From Candidatus Rokuibacteriota bacterium (GTDB taxonomy: Bacteria; Methylomirabilota; Methylomirabilia; Rokubacteriales; CSP1-6): a stretch of DNA of 64,000 nt. The notes under the pieces were generated by a model, which was given only the letters and a program-made list of their open reading frames with translations, had not been told where the DNA came from and ran no database searches. The DNA is taken from the NCBI GenBank assembly GCA_003220225.1, contig QHRU01000040.1, positions 19,666 through 83,665 on the forward strand, in the 5' to 3' direction. Each line of letters opens with the position of its first letter. The stretch's first letter is position 1. The translations under genes and the position numbers were made by a program. Positions 47,580 through 58,648 of this stretch are shown piece by piece.

Positions 47580-47645
47580 ATCACGCACGCCGCGCGCGAT
47601 TCGGTCGGTGCCCATGGGGGCCCGTAGCGCGGCGGAGGATAACCG
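47580..47645 (+). ncRNA. rpsB (S2) leader, t44-like cis-regulatory RNA
   Basis: CACGCACGCCGCG...GGTGCCC...GGGG...CGCGGCGGAGGATAACC directly upstream of rpsB. Layout resembles the proteobacterial rpsB leader, with CCGCG/CGCGG pairing. Confidence 0.6.
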
Positions 47646-47658
47646 AAGGAGGAAGAAT

Positions 47659-49019
<1,361 letters not shown>

Positions 49020-49023
49020 GCCG

Positions 49024-49767
49024 GTGACGGCGGCAGCGGCCGCCGGGCGCCCCGTGTATCGCCGCATCGTCCTGAAGCTCTCCGGAGAAGCGCTCGCGGG
49101 GAGCCAGGGCTACGGCATCGATCCGCCCGTGCTCGACCGCGTCGGGGAAGAGGTGCGCGCCGTGACCGAGCTCGGCGTGCAAGTCGCCATCGTCATCGGC
49201 GGCGGCAACATCTTCCGCGGCATCGCCGCCAGCGCCGCCGGCATGGACCGGGCCACCGCCGACTACATGGGGATGCTGGCGACGATCATCAACTCGCTGG
49301 CCCTCCAGGACGCGCTGGAGAAGGCGGGGCTGCAGACGCGCGTGCTCTCGGCGATCGAGATGCGCGCGGTGGCCGAGCCCTACATCCGCCGGCGCGCCAT
49401 CCGCCATCTCGAGAAGGGCCGCGTGGTGATCTTTGCGGCGGGCACCGGCAACCCGTTCTTCACCACGGACACCGCCGGCGCCTTGCGCGCGGTGGAGATC
49501 GGCGCCGATGCCATCATCAAGGCGACCAAGGTCGACGGCATCTACACGGCCGACCCCAAGCTCGACCGCAACGCGCGGCGGCTCGAGAGGGTCACGTACA
49601 TCGAGGTGCTGAACCAGGGCCTCGGCGTCATGGACACCACCGCCATCTCGCTCTGCATGGACAACAAGCTGCCGATCATCGTGTTCGACCTCACGCAGGC
49701 CGGCAACATCAAGCGCCTCGTGCTCGGCGAGCCCGTGGGCTCGATCGTCTCGTCGTCGGCGGGGTAA
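49024..49767 (+). CDS. pyrH: UMP kinase
   Basis: [16 protein letters not shown] and [10 protein letters not shown]. Confidence 0.96.
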   Translation: MTAAAAAGRPVYRRIVLKLSGEALAGSQGYGIDPPVLDRVGEEVRAVTELGVQVAIVIGGGNIFRGIAASAAGMDRATADYMGMLATIINSLALQDALEKAGLQTRVLSAIEMRAVAEPYIRRRAIRHLEKGRVVIFAAGTGNPFFTTDTAGALRAVEIGADAIIKATKVDGIYTADPKLDRNARRLERVTYIEVLNQGLGVMDTTAISLCMDNKLPIIVFDLTQAGNIKRLVLGEPVGSIVSSSAG

Positions 49768-49779
49768 GGAGGAGACGGC

Positions 49780-50340
49780 ATGCAGACGGTGCTGAAGGAT
49801 CTCGACGCGCGCATGAACGGCGCCCTCGAGGTGCTCGGGCGCGAGTTCGCCGGGGTGCGGACGGGCCGCGCCTCCGCGGGACTGCTCGAGAGCATCCGAG
49901 TGGACTACTACGGCAATCCGACGCCCATCAGTCAGATGGCCTCGGTCTCCGTGCCCGACGCGCGCACGCTCATGATCCAGCCGTGGGAGGCCGCCCAGCT
50001 CAAGGAGGTCGAGAAGGCGATCATGAAGTCCGACCTCGGCATCCAGCCGGTGAACGACGGCAAGGTCATCCGACTCACGATGCCGACGCCGACCGAGGAG
50101 CGCCGCAAGCAGCTCGTCAAGAACGTCCACAAGATGGCTGAGGACGCGCGGGTGGCCGTGCGCAACGTGCGCCGCGAGGCCAACGACAAGCTGAAGGCGC
50201 TCGCCAAGGACAAGAGGGCGCCGATCACCGAGGACGACGAGCGCCGCGGCCACGACCAGATCCAGAAGACGACCGACAAGTTCATCGCCAGGATCGACGA
50301 GCTCCTGAAGAAGAAGGAGCAGGAGATCATGTCCTTCTGA
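49780..50340 (+). CDS. frr: Ribosome recycling factor
   Basis: [17 protein letters not shown] and RNVRR. Confidence 0.96.
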   Translation: MQTVLKDLDARMNGALEVLGREFAGVRTGRASAGLLESIRVDYYGNPTPISQMASVSVPDARTLMIQPWEAAQLKEVEKAIMKSDLGIQPVNDGKVIRLTMPTPTEERRKQLVKNVHKMAEDARVAVRNVRREANDKLKALAKDKRAPITEDDERRGHDQIQKTTDKFIARIDELLKKKEQEIMSF

Positions 50341-51083
50341 TGGCCGTCACCGCCGAGTCCGCGCTGCTGGAGGCCGTCCGCGCGCACCCGGTGCCCGCCC
50401 ACGTCGCCATCATCATGGACGGCAACGGGCGCTGGGCGACCCAGCGCGGCCTGCCGCGCGTGGCCGGCCATCGCGAGGGCGTGAAGGCGGCGCGCGCGAT
50501 CGTCCGCGCCGCCGACGCGGCCGGGCTGCGCTTCCTCACGCTCTACGCGTTCTCCACGGAGAACTGGAACCGCCCGGAGGACGAGGTCACAATGCTGATG
50601 CGGCTGCTCGAGGAGTCGATCTATCGCGAGCTGCCGGACCTCATGGAGAACAAGGTGCGGCTGCGCGTGATCGGGCGCACGGCCGGCGTGCCGCTGCCCG
50701 TCCGTCGCGGGCTCGAGCACGTCGCGCTCGAGACGCGCGACAACCCGGGCCTCACGCTCCTCGTCGCCTTCAACTACGGCGGGCGCGACGAGCTGCTCGA
50801 CGCCTTTCGCGTCCTCGCGCGGCGCGTGCAGGCGGGCGAGCTGGCGCCGGACGCGGTGTCGGAGGCGGACATCAGCCGCGCGCTCTACACCGAGGGCCTG
50901 CCGGATCCCGACCTGCTCATCCGCACGAGCGGCGAGATGCGCGTCTCGAACTTCCTGCTGTGGCAGATCGCCTATACCGAGCTCTGGATGACGCCGACGC
51001 TCTGGCCCGACTTCGGCCCCTCGGATCTCTATCGCGCCATCGCCGACTACCAGCGCCGCGACCGCCGCTTCGGTGGGGTGTGA
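50340..51083 (+). CDS. uppS: Undecaprenyl diphosphate synthase
   Basis: HVAIIMDGNGRWA, FSTENW and RTSGEMRVSNFLLWQ. Confidence 0.96.
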   Translation: MAVTAESALLEAVRAHPVPAHVAIIMDGNGRWATQRGLPRVAGHREGVKAARAIVRAADAAGLRFLTLYAFSTENWNRPEDEVTMLMRLLEESIYRELPDLMENKVRLRVIGRTAGVPLPVRRGLEHVALETRDNPGLTLLVAFNYGGRDELLDAFRVLARRVQAGELAPDAVSEADISRALYTEGLPDPDLLIRTSGEMRVSNFLLWQIAYTELWMTPTLWPDFGPSDLYRAIADYQRRDRRFGGV

Positions 51084-51084
51084 C

Positions 51085-51939
51085 ATGGCCATGCCGACCA
51101 GTGTCGCGTTGGGCGCGCCCCGCGGGTCGGGCATCCTGAAGCGCCTGCTCAGCGCCCTCGTGCTGCTGCCGGTGTTCCTGCTCATCGTCGTCAAGGCGCC
51201 GGGGTGGATGTTCAACACGCTCGTCGTGATCGCCAGCGCCGCCGCGCTGTGGGAGGTCGTGCGTCTCTTCGAGCAGGCCGGGCGCCCGGTGGACCGCGTC
51301 CTCGCCCTCGTGACGGGCGTGGGCGTCACCGCGTCGTTCGGCGCCTCGCGGCTGCTCGAGCCCAACGCGCTGCCCGTCTTCAGCCTGATGATGGCCGTGG
51401 TGGCCGTGCTGGCGGCGCCGGTGTGGCGCGGCACGCCGGACGTCGAGCGCTCTGCGAACACGCTGCTCGCCATCACGTACGTCGGCTGGCTGCTCGGCTT
51501 CGGCATCCTGCTGCACCACGCCTCGCCGCTCGGCGACGAGCTGGTGCTCTACGTCGTCGGCGTGACGTGGGTCGGCGAGACGGCCGCCTATGTCGTCGGC
51601 TCGACCCTGGGACGCCGCAAGCTGGCGCCCGTGATCAGCCCCAAGAAGTCGGTGGAGGGCGCGCTGGCCCAGGTGGTGGCGTCCATCGCGACCGGCGCCG
51701 CGGTCGGCGCGTGGCTGCTGCCCACGTGCGGCGCGGGACTCTGGCTCGGCGCCGGCGCGCTCCTGGGCGTGGTCGGCCAGTTCGGCGACCTCGCGGAATC
51801 CGCGATCAAGCGCAGCGCGGGGGCCAAGGACACGGGGGCGTTGATCCCCGGCCACGGCGGGGTGCTCGACCGGATCGACAGCCTGCTCTTCAACCTGCCG
51901 GCCTTCTACTACTTCTCACGGCTCGCGGGGTGCGCATGA
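51085..51939 (+). CDS. cdsA: Phosphatidate cytidylyltransferase
   Basis: ISPKKSVEG, GDLAESAIKR and PGHGGVLDRID. Confidence 0.93.
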   Translation: MAMPTSVALGAPRGSGILKRLLSALVLLPVFLLIVVKAPGWMFNTLVVIASAAALWEVVRLFEQAGRPVDRVLALVTGVGVTASFGASRLLEPNALPVFSLMMAVVAVLAAPVWRGTPDVERSANTLLAITYVGWLLGFGILLHHASPLGDELVLYVVGVTWVGETAAYVVGSTLGRRKLAPVISPKKSVEGALAQVVASIATGAAVGAWLLPTCGAGLWLGAGALLGVVGQFGDLAESAIKRSAGAKDTGALIPGHGGVLDRIDSLLFNLPAFYYFSRLAGCA

Positions 51940-53108
51940 AGCGCATCACGCTGCTCGGCGCCACCGGCTCGATCGGCCTGCGCACACTCGAGCTCGTCTC
52001 CGGCTTCCCCGAGGAGTTCGCGGTGGCCGGCATGGCCGCGCGCGGCTCCAACCCCGAGCTGATCGCCGACCTGTGCCGGAAGTACGCGCCGGCGGCGGTG
52101 GCGTTGCTGGAGCCGGCGGCCGTGGACGCGCTGGCGCGGCTGCTGCCGGCGCCGCGGCCCGAGCTGCTGTCGGGGATCGACGGGCTCGTGGCCCTCGCGC
52201 GTGACGTCGACGCCGACGTCGTGCTCTCGGCGCTCGTGGGCGGCGTCGGCCTGCTGCCGACGATGGCGGCCATCCAGGCCGGGCGCACGATGGCCCTGGC
52301 CAACAAGGAAACGCTGGTGATGGCCGGGCGCCTCATGACCGCCGCTGCGCGCGCCCGGGGCGTGTCGTTGCTGCCCGTAGACTCCGAGCACAGCGCGGTC
52401 TTCCAGTGCCTCGTCGGCCACAATCGCGGCGACGTTCACCGGGTCCTCCTCACGGCCTCGGGGGGGCCGTTCCGCGAGCTGCCCAAGGCGAAGTTCGAGT
52501 CGGTGACGGTGGAGGACGCGCTGCGCCACCCGACCTGGAAGATGGGCGCCAAGATCACCATCGATTCCGCCACCCTCATGAACAAGGGCCTCGAGGTGAT
52601 CGAGGCGCGCTGGCTCTTCGACCTGGCGCCCGACCAGGTGCAGGTGGTCATCCACCCGCAGTCGATCGTGCACTCGATGGTGGAGTACATCGACGGCTCG
52701 GTGATCGCCCAGCTCGGCGTCGCCGACATGGGCATCCCGATCCTCTACGCGCTCACCTTCCCGGAGCGGCGGCCGACGCCGTCCGCCCGGCTCGACCTCA
52801 CGCGGACGGGGCCGCTCACGTTCGAGTCGCCCGACCCCGACCGCTTCCCGGCCCTGCGGCTGGCGCGCGCCGCCCTCGAGCAGGGCGGCGCGGCGCCCGT
52901 GGTGCTCAACGCGGCCAACGAGCTCGCGGTGGCCGCCTTCCTCGAGCGCCGCATCGGATTTCCCGAGATCACGCAATCGATCGAGCGCGCGCTGGCCGCG
53001 GAGCCGCCGGCCGAGCTCGGATCCATCGAGGAGTGCGTCGAGGTCGACGCGCGCACGCGACGCCGCGTGCGCGACTGGATCGCCGCGCGCTCCGGAGGCA
53101 GGTCGTGA
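51936..53108 (+). CDS. dxr: 1-deoxy-D-xylulose-5-phosphate reductoisomerase
   Basis: LGATGSIG, LANKE, PVDSEH and HPTWKMGAKITIDSAT. Confidence 0.96.
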   Translation: MKRITLLGATGSIGLRTLELVSGFPEEFAVAGMAARGSNPELIADLCRKYAPAAVALLEPAAVDALARLLPAPRPELLSGIDGLVALARDVDADVVLSALVGGVGLLPTMAAIQAGRTMALANKETLVMAGRLMTAAARARGVSLLPVDSEHSAVFQCLVGHNRGDVHRVLLTASGGPFRELPKAKFESVTVEDALRHPTWKMGAKITIDSATLMNKGLEVIEARWLFDLAPDQVQVVIHPQSIVHSMVEYIDGSVIAQLGVADMGIPILYALTFPERRPTPSARLDLTRTGPLTFESPDPDRFPALRLARAALEQGGAAPVVLNAANELAVAAFLERRIGFPEITQSIERALAAEPPAELGSIEECVEVDARTRRRVRDWIAARSGGRS

Positions 53109-54493
53109 CAGTGACAGTCGACGTTCTCGTCATGGTGCTGCGGTTCATCGTCGTCATCGGCGTCTTGATCCTCGTGCACGAGCTCGGTCACTTCTTCGTG
53201 GCGCGGCTCACCGGCGTGGGCGTCGAGCGCTTCTCGATCGGCTTCGGCCCCGTCCTGGTGCGCTGGCGCGGCCGGGAGACCGAGTACTGCCTGTCGCTGA
53301 TCCCGATGGGCGGGTACGTGAAGATGATGGGCGAGGAGAGCCCGATCGAGGGCGGCGAGGCGATGCCCTACGACCCCAAGAAGGCGTTCGCGCTCAAGCC
53401 GCTGTGGGCGCGATTCCTCATCGTCTTCGCCGGCCCCGGCATGAACTTCGTCCTCGCCGTGGCCATCTTCGCGGTCGTGTTCGCGACCTTCGGCCGTCCG
53501 GTGTGGCCCGCCGTCGTCGGCCGCGTCCTCGACGGCAGCCCGGCCGCCGCCGCCGGGATCAGGAGCGGCGACACCGTGGTGGAGGTGAACGGGCGGCGCG
53601 TCAGCTACTGGGAGGACCTCGAGCGCACGCTTGCCGACTCCGGTGGGCGGCCGGTCACCGCGCGCGTGAAGCGCGCCGACGGCGAGCAGACGGTCACCGT
53701 GACGCCGCGTCGCAAGACGGTGATCGATCCCATCTTCGGCGAGCGGCGCGAGGTGTGGGACATCGGCGCCGGGCCGCACCTCATTCCCCAGATCAGCTCG
53801 GTGCTCGCCGACTCGCCGGCGCAGCGCGCCGGGCTCCAGCCGGGCGACGTCGTGCTGGCGGTGGCGGGGCAGCCCGTGTACACGCCCGAGGACCTCGTGG
53901 AGGTGATCCGCACGCGGCCCGGGCGGCCGTTCCCGATCACCGTGGAGCGCGGCGGCAGGACGCTGACGCTCACGGTCACGCCGCGCGCGGTGCCCGAAAA
54001 GGCGCCGGCGACCGGCCAGGAGACCACCGTCGGCAAGATCGACGCCCACATCGCGACGAAGTCGGTGCGCTTCGAGCCCTACGGGCCCGTGGACGCCGTC
54101 GAGCACGGCGTGGTGCGCACGTGGGACGTGACCGGGCTCACGCTCAAGGGCCTCTGGAAGCTCGTCTCGCGGCAGATCGACTCGTCGAACATCGGCGGGC
54201 CGATCCAGATCGCGACCGAAGCGGGGCGCCAGGCCAAGGAAGGGCTGGGGCCGCTGGCGATCTTCACCGCCTTCATCAGCGTGAACCTGGCCGTGCTCAA
54301 CCTGCTGCCGGTGCCGATGCTCGACGGCGGGCATCTCTTCTTCTTCGTGATCGAGGCGATCCTGGGCCGCCCGCTGTCGCTCAAGAAGCGGGAGGCGGCC
54401 CAGCAGCTCGGCTTCGTGCTGTTGATGCTGCTCATGGTCTACGCGCTCTACAACGACCTGGTGCGGATCGACGCGTTCAAGTTCTTCAGATAG
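53105..54493 (+). CDS. rseP: RIP metalloprotease RseP (2 PDZ domains)
   Basis: HELGH and NLLPVPMLDGG. Confidence 0.94.
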   Translation: MTVTVDVLVMVLRFIVVIGVLILVHELGHFFVARLTGVGVERFSIGFGPVLVRWRGRETEYCLSLIPMGGYVKMMGEESPIEGGEAMPYDPKKAFALKPLWARFLIVFAGPGMNFVLAVAIFAVVFATFGRPVWPAVVGRVLDGSPAAAAGIRSGDTVVEVNGRRVSYWEDLERTLADSGGRPVTARVKRADGEQTVTVTPRRKTVIDPIFGERREVWDIGAGPHLIPQISSVLADSPAQRAGLQPGDVVLAVAGQPVYTPEDLVEVIRTRPGRPFPITVERGGRTLTLTVTPRAVPEKAPATGQETTVGKIDAHIATKSVRFEPYGPVDAVEHGVVRTWDVTGLTLKGLWKLVSRQIDSSNIGGPIQIATEAGRQAKEGLGPLAIFTAFISVNLAVLNLLPVPMLDGGHLFFFVIEAILGRPLSLKKREAAQQLGFVLLMLLMVYALYNDLVRIDAFKFFR

Positions 54494-54505
54494 GGACGGG
54501 GGGAC

Positions 54506-56029
54506 ATGATCAATCGGCGCAAGACGCGGCAGATCCAGATCGGCAACGTCAAGGTGGGCGGCGGCGCGCCCATCACCGTGCAGTCGATGACCAAGACCGA
54601 CACGCGGGACGTGCAGGCGACGCTGCTCGAGATCTGGTCGCTGGAGGCCGCCGGCTGCGACATCGTGCGCTGCGCGGTGCCCGTGCGCGAGGCCGCCGAG
54701 AAGCTCGGTGAGATCAAGCGCCAGATCCGCATCCCGCTCGTGGCCGACATCCACTTCAATTACAAGCTCGCCCTCATCGCGCTGGAGCAGGGCGTGGACG
54801 GGCTGCGGCTGAACCCCGGCAACATCGGTGGCAAGAAGTTCGTGATGGAGGTCGTGAGCCTCGCCAAGGATCGCAAGATCCCGATCCGCATCGGCGTGAA
54901 TGCGGGCTCGCTGGAGAAAGACCTCCTCGACAAGTACAACGGACCCACGGCTCAAGGAATGGTCGAATCGGCCCTCCGCCACATCCACATCCTCGAGGAG
55001 TGCGATTACCCAGAGATGAAGGTCTCGCTCAAGGCCTCCGACCCGCTGATGATGATCGAGGCCTACCGGATGCTCGCCGACCAGGTCGACTACCCGTTCC
55101 ATCTCGGGGTGACCGAGGCGGGCACACCGGGCGTGGGGACCATCAAGTCCTCCGTCGGCCTCGGCGCCGTGCTCTCGCAGGGCATCGGCGACACCATCCG
55201 CGTGTCGCTCTCCGCCGATCCGACCGAGGAGGTGCGCGTCGGCATCGACATCCTCAAGGCGCTGGGCCTGCGCAAGGGTGGCCTCACCTTCGTCTCGTGC
55301 CCGTCGTGCGGCCGCGCCGACGTGGATCTCGTCAAGCTCGCGAAGGAGGTCGAGGACGAGTTCCGCGGCCTCAACGAGGAGATCCACATCGCGGTCATGG
55401 GGTGCGTGCCGGAGGGCCAGCCGGTGATCACCCCCGCCGGGGCGACGCCGATCGAGAGCGTCGACGAGGGCGCGGAGGTCCTGACGCACGAGGGTGAATA
55501 CAGAAAAGTGTTGTGGGCGACGCGCCACGCGTTCGATGGCGAGCTCATCGAGATCCGCCCGGTGGGCTTCGCGCCTTTCCGGGTGACCCCGAATCATCCG
55601 ATTCTCGCCGCTCCGCGCGCTCAGGCCGAGCGGGAGTGGGTGCGCGCCGACCGCCTCGCGGCTGGCTGGGTCCTGGCGTATCCGGTTCCCGAAGAGAACG
55701 TCGAGCGTGCCCGCGTCGCCACGGCTGACGTCGTCGAAGTCCGCCGGGTGCAGTACACCGGTCACGTCCATAATCTCGAGGTCGACGGCATCCACTCGTA
55801 CGCGGTCTCGGGCGCGGCTCTGCACAACTGCGAAGTCAACGGCCCCGGCGAGGCGCGCGCGGCGGACATCGGCGTGGCGGGCGGGCGCGGGATCGGGCTC
55901 ATCTTCAAGGGCGGCGAGGTCATCCGGAAAGTCCCGGAGGCGGAGATCGTGAGCGCCATGCGCGAGGAAGTGGACAAGTTCGTCGCCGAGCGCAAGGCGG
56001 CGAAGGCGACGGCGGGAGCGGACGACTGA
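54506..56029 (+). CDS. ispG: HMBPP synthase IspG, intein-containing
   Basis: VQSMT, ADIHF, RLNPGN, HLGVTEAG, GDTIRVSL, SCPSCGR and AVMG[intein]CEVNGPGE. Confidence 0.95.
   Translation: MINRRKTRQIQIGNVKVGGGAPITVQSMTKTDTRDVQATLLEIWSLEAAGCDIVRCAVPVREAAEKLGEIKRQIRIPLVADIHFNYKLALIALEQGVDGLRLNPGNIGGKKFVMEVVSLAKDRKIPIRIGVNAGSLEKDLLDKYNGPTAQGMVESALRHIHILEECDYPEMKVSLKASDPLMMIEAYRMLADQVDYPFHLGVTEAGTPGVGTIKSSVGLGAVLSQGIGDTIRVSLSADPTEEVRVGIDILKALGLRKGGLTFVSCPSCGRADVDLVKLAKEVEDEFRGLNEEIHIAVMGCVPEGQPVITPAGATPIESVDEGAEVLTHEGEYRKVLWATRHAFDGELIEIRPVGFAPFRVTPNHPILAAPRAQAEREWVRADRLAAGWVLAYPVPEENVERARVATADVVEVRRVQYTGHVHNLEVDGIHSYAVSGAALHNCEVNGPGEARAADIGVAGGRGIGLIFKGGEVIRKVPEAEIVSAMREEVDKFVAERKAAKATAGADD
55403..55828 (+). 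mobile_element. Mini-intein (142 aa, no homing endonuclease) in ispG
   Basis: Block A CVPEGQPVIT, block B VTPNHPI, block F VHNLEVDGIHSY and block G LHN/C. Excision restores AVMGCEVNGPGE. Confidence 0.93.
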
Positions 56030-56361
56030 TGGGCCAATACGACGTCCACGTATTCGTGTGCACCAGCGGCGACGACTGTCCGACGAAGGCCAATGTCGAG
56101 GACTTCGTGAAATACCTGCGTGGCGAGGTCGTCAAGGCCGGCCGCCAGGGAGACGTCCGGATCAACAAGGCCGGCTGCTTCTCGCAGTGCGGCCATGGGC
56201 CGATGATCGTCGTGTACCCGGAGAACGTCTGGTACGCCGGCGTCAAGCAAGAGGACCTGCAGGAGATCGCGCAGTCGCACATCCTCGGCGGCAAGCCGGT
56301 CGCGCGGCTCGTCTACGCGCCGGGCGTGAAGGGCGCCAACAAGACGAAAGACGCGAAGTAG
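56029..56361 (+). CDS. Thioredoxin-like [2Fe-2S] ferredoxin
   Basis: HVFVC...C and GCFSQCGHGP.IVVYPENVWY. Confidence 0.88.
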   Translation: MGQYDVHVFVCTSGDDCPTKANVEDFVKYLRGEVVKAGRQGDVRINKAGCFSQCGHGPMIVVYPENVWYAGVKQEDLQEIAQSHILGGKPVARLVYAPGVKGANKTKDAK

Positions 56362-58050
56362 ATGCGGCTGTCGAAGTCGCTCGTCCCCACCCTGCGCGAG
56401 GATCCCGCGGACGCGGAGGCGATCAGCCACAAGCTGATGCTCCGCGCGGGGCTCGTGCGTCAGCTCGCCGCGGGCATCTATGTCTGGCTGCCCCTCGGCC
56501 AGCGTGTACTCGATCGCATCAACGCCATCATCCGCGAGGAGATGAACGCGATCGGCGGGCAGGAGATGACCATGCCCGTCCTGCATCCCGCGGAGATCTG
56601 GCGCGACTCCGGCCGCTGGGACGCCATCGGCCCCGAGATGTTCCGGCTCAAGGACCGCAACGACCGGGACATGTGCCTGGCCATGACGCACGAAGAGGTC
56701 ATCGCGTGGCTGGCCGCGCGCGAGATCCGGTCGTATCGCGACCTGCCGCAGATCTGGTACCAGATCCAGACGAAGGAGCGCGACGAGGCGCGGCCGCGCT
56801 CGGGCGTGCTGCGCACGCGCGAGTTCGTCATGAAGGACTCCTACACGCTCGACCCCGACGTGGCCGCGCTCGACCGCTCGTACGCCGCGCACGAGGCCGC
56901 CTACCGGAAGATCTTCGACCGCTGCGGCCTGACATATCGCGTCGTGCAGTCCGACACCGGGATGATGGGCGGCCTCGGCGCCCACGAGTTCATGGCGCCG
57001 AGCGCGGCGGGCGAGGACGAGATCGCGATCTGCGGGGGCTGCGGCTACGCCGCCAACGTCGAGCTCGCGCGCGGCGTGCCGGAGGCGCCGGTGTTTCCGA
57101 GCTGGACGCGCGAAGAGGTCGCGACGCCGAACGCCAGGACGATCGCCGAGGTGGCGGCGTTTCTGAAGATCGATCCGCGGCTCACGATCAAGTCGCTGCT
57201 GTTCGTCGCGCCGAAGGCGGGGCGCGTGCTGGTGCTGGTGCGCGGCGACCACAACCTGCACGAGCGCAAGCTCGCCCGCGCGCTCGGCGAAGAGGCGCGC
57301 CCCGGTCATCCCGAGGAGGTGCTCCAGCACTTGAACGCTCCGGTCGGCTCCGTGGGGCCGGTGGGCGCGCGCGTGCCGATCCTGGCCGACGAGGCGCTCC
57401 GCGAGGGGACCTACGTCGTCGGCGCGAACCGCGAGGGCTTCCACCTGCGCGGCGTCGTTCCGGGGCGCGACTTCCAGGCGCGCTTCGTCGATCTCCACGC
57501 GGTGGCCGCCGGCGAGGCGTGCGGGCACTGCGGCAAGGCGCTCGAGGTCGAGCGCGTCATCGAGATCGGCAACATCTTCAAGCTCGGCACCAAGTACTCC
57601 GAGGGGCTGAACGCGAAGTACCTCGACGAGTCGGGGCAGGAGCGCCCGATCGTCATGGGCTCCTACGGCATCGGGCCCGCCCGCATCGCCGCCACCGCGA
57701 TCGAGCAGGGCGCCGACGCCGACGGCATCGTGTGGCCCGCGTCGATCGCGCCCTTCGACGTCCACATCGTGCTCGTGAGCCTGCGCGACCAGGCGCAGAT
57801 CGCGGCCGCCGAGTCCATCTACGCCGCGTGCCGGGCGGCCGGGCTGCAGGCGCTGCTGGACGATCGCGACGAGCGGCCCGGCGTGAAGTTCAAGGACGCC
57901 GACCTGCTCGGCGTCCCCGTCCGCGTGACCGTCGGCAACGCGCTCGCAAAGGAGGGCGTGGTCGAGGTCAAGGAGCGCCGGGCGCCTCGCCGCGAGCAGC
58001 GCGTCGCTCCGGGCGCCGTCGTAGAGGCGATTCGCGCGCTCGCGCGCTGA
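56362..58050 (+). CDS. proS: Proline--tRNA ligase
   Basis: SHKLMLRAG, RDEARPRSG.LR.REF.MKD, GNIFKLGTKYS and MGSYGIG. Confidence 0.96.
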   Translation: MRLSKSLVPTLREDPADAEAISHKLMLRAGLVRQLAAGIYVWLPLGQRVLDRINAIIREEMNAIGGQEMTMPVLHPAEIWRDSGRWDAIGPEMFRLKDRNDRDMCLAMTHEEVIAWLAAREIRSYRDLPQIWYQIQTKERDEARPRSGVLRTREFVMKDSYTLDPDVAALDRSYAAHEAAYRKIFDRCGLTYRVVQSDTGMMGGLGAHEFMAPSAAGEDEIAICGGCGYAANVELARGVPEAPVFPSWTREEVATPNARTIAEVAAFLKIDPRLTIKSLLFVAPKAGRVLVLVRGDHNLHERKLARALGEEARPGHPEEVLQHLNAPVGSVGPVGARVPILADEALREGTYVVGANREGFHLRGVVPGRDFQARFVDLHAVAAGEACGHCGKALEVERVIEIGNIFKLGTKYSEGLNAKYLDESGQERPIVMGSYGIGPARIAATAIEQGADADGIVWPASIAPFDVHIVLVSLRDQAQIAAAESIYAACRAAGLQALLDDRDERPGVKFKDADLLGVPVRVTVGNALAKEGVVEVKERRAPRREQRVAPGAVVEAIRALAR

Positions 58051-58091
58051 CGACGACGCCCTCGGCCGCCCGCCGATCGGTGGGGGCAAAC

Positions 58092-58151
58092 TTGCCTCCG
58101 CCGCCCCCCCGTGCTAAAGTCCTGAAAAAGTGGGCGTTGCCCACTTTTTTA
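58092..58151 (+). promoter_or_regulatory. rimP promoter and rimP-leader hairpin (terminator/attenuator)
   Basis: TTGCCT-17 bp-TAAAGT with extended TG, then AAAAAGTGGGC-GTT-GCCCACTTTTTT. Confidence 0.7.
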
Positions 58152-58168
58152 CTTTCGAGTGATCGGTG

Positions 58169-58648
58169 ATGCAGGACGACGAGAGGCAGCTCGAGATCGA
58201 GGGAGTCGTGCAGCCCGTGCTCCGCGATCACGGGTTGATGCTCGTCGACCTGGAGTGGCGGCCGCGCCGGCCCCGGGGCGTGCTGCGCTTGTTCGTGGAC
58301 AAGCCGGGGGGCGTCGGCATCGACGACTGCCAGCGGCTGAGCCGCGAGGTCGGCGACGTGCTCGACGCGTCGGCGTTGATCGAGGAGGCGTACGATCTCG
58401 AGGTTTCGTCGCCGGGGCTGGATCGCCAGCTCCGAACGGATCGAGAATTTCGCTGGGCGGTCGGCAAGCGTGTGTGCTGCTGGCTGGCCGGCGGACAGGA
58501 AGTGCGGGGCCGACTGCTCGGTCTCGACGGCGGGCAGATCGTCCTCGAACAGGACGGCGGCACGGAGGCCAGGCTGGATCGGGCCAGCGTCACGAAGGCC
58601 CGGCTGGAGGCCGAGGTGCCCTGGAGCAAACGGTCGCAGGACAGATGA
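58169..58648 (+). CDS. rimP: Ribosome maturation factor RimP
   Basis: LRLFVDKPGGVGIDDC and YDLEVSSPGLDR. Confidence 0.94.
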   Translation: MQDDERQLEIEGVVQPVLRDHGLMLVDLEWRPRRPRGVLRLFVDKPGGVGIDDCQRLSREVGDVLDASALIEEAYDLEVSSPGLDRQLRTDREFRWAVGKRVCCWLAGGQEVRGRLLGLDGGQIVLEQDGGTEARLDRASVTKARLEAEVPWSKRSQDR

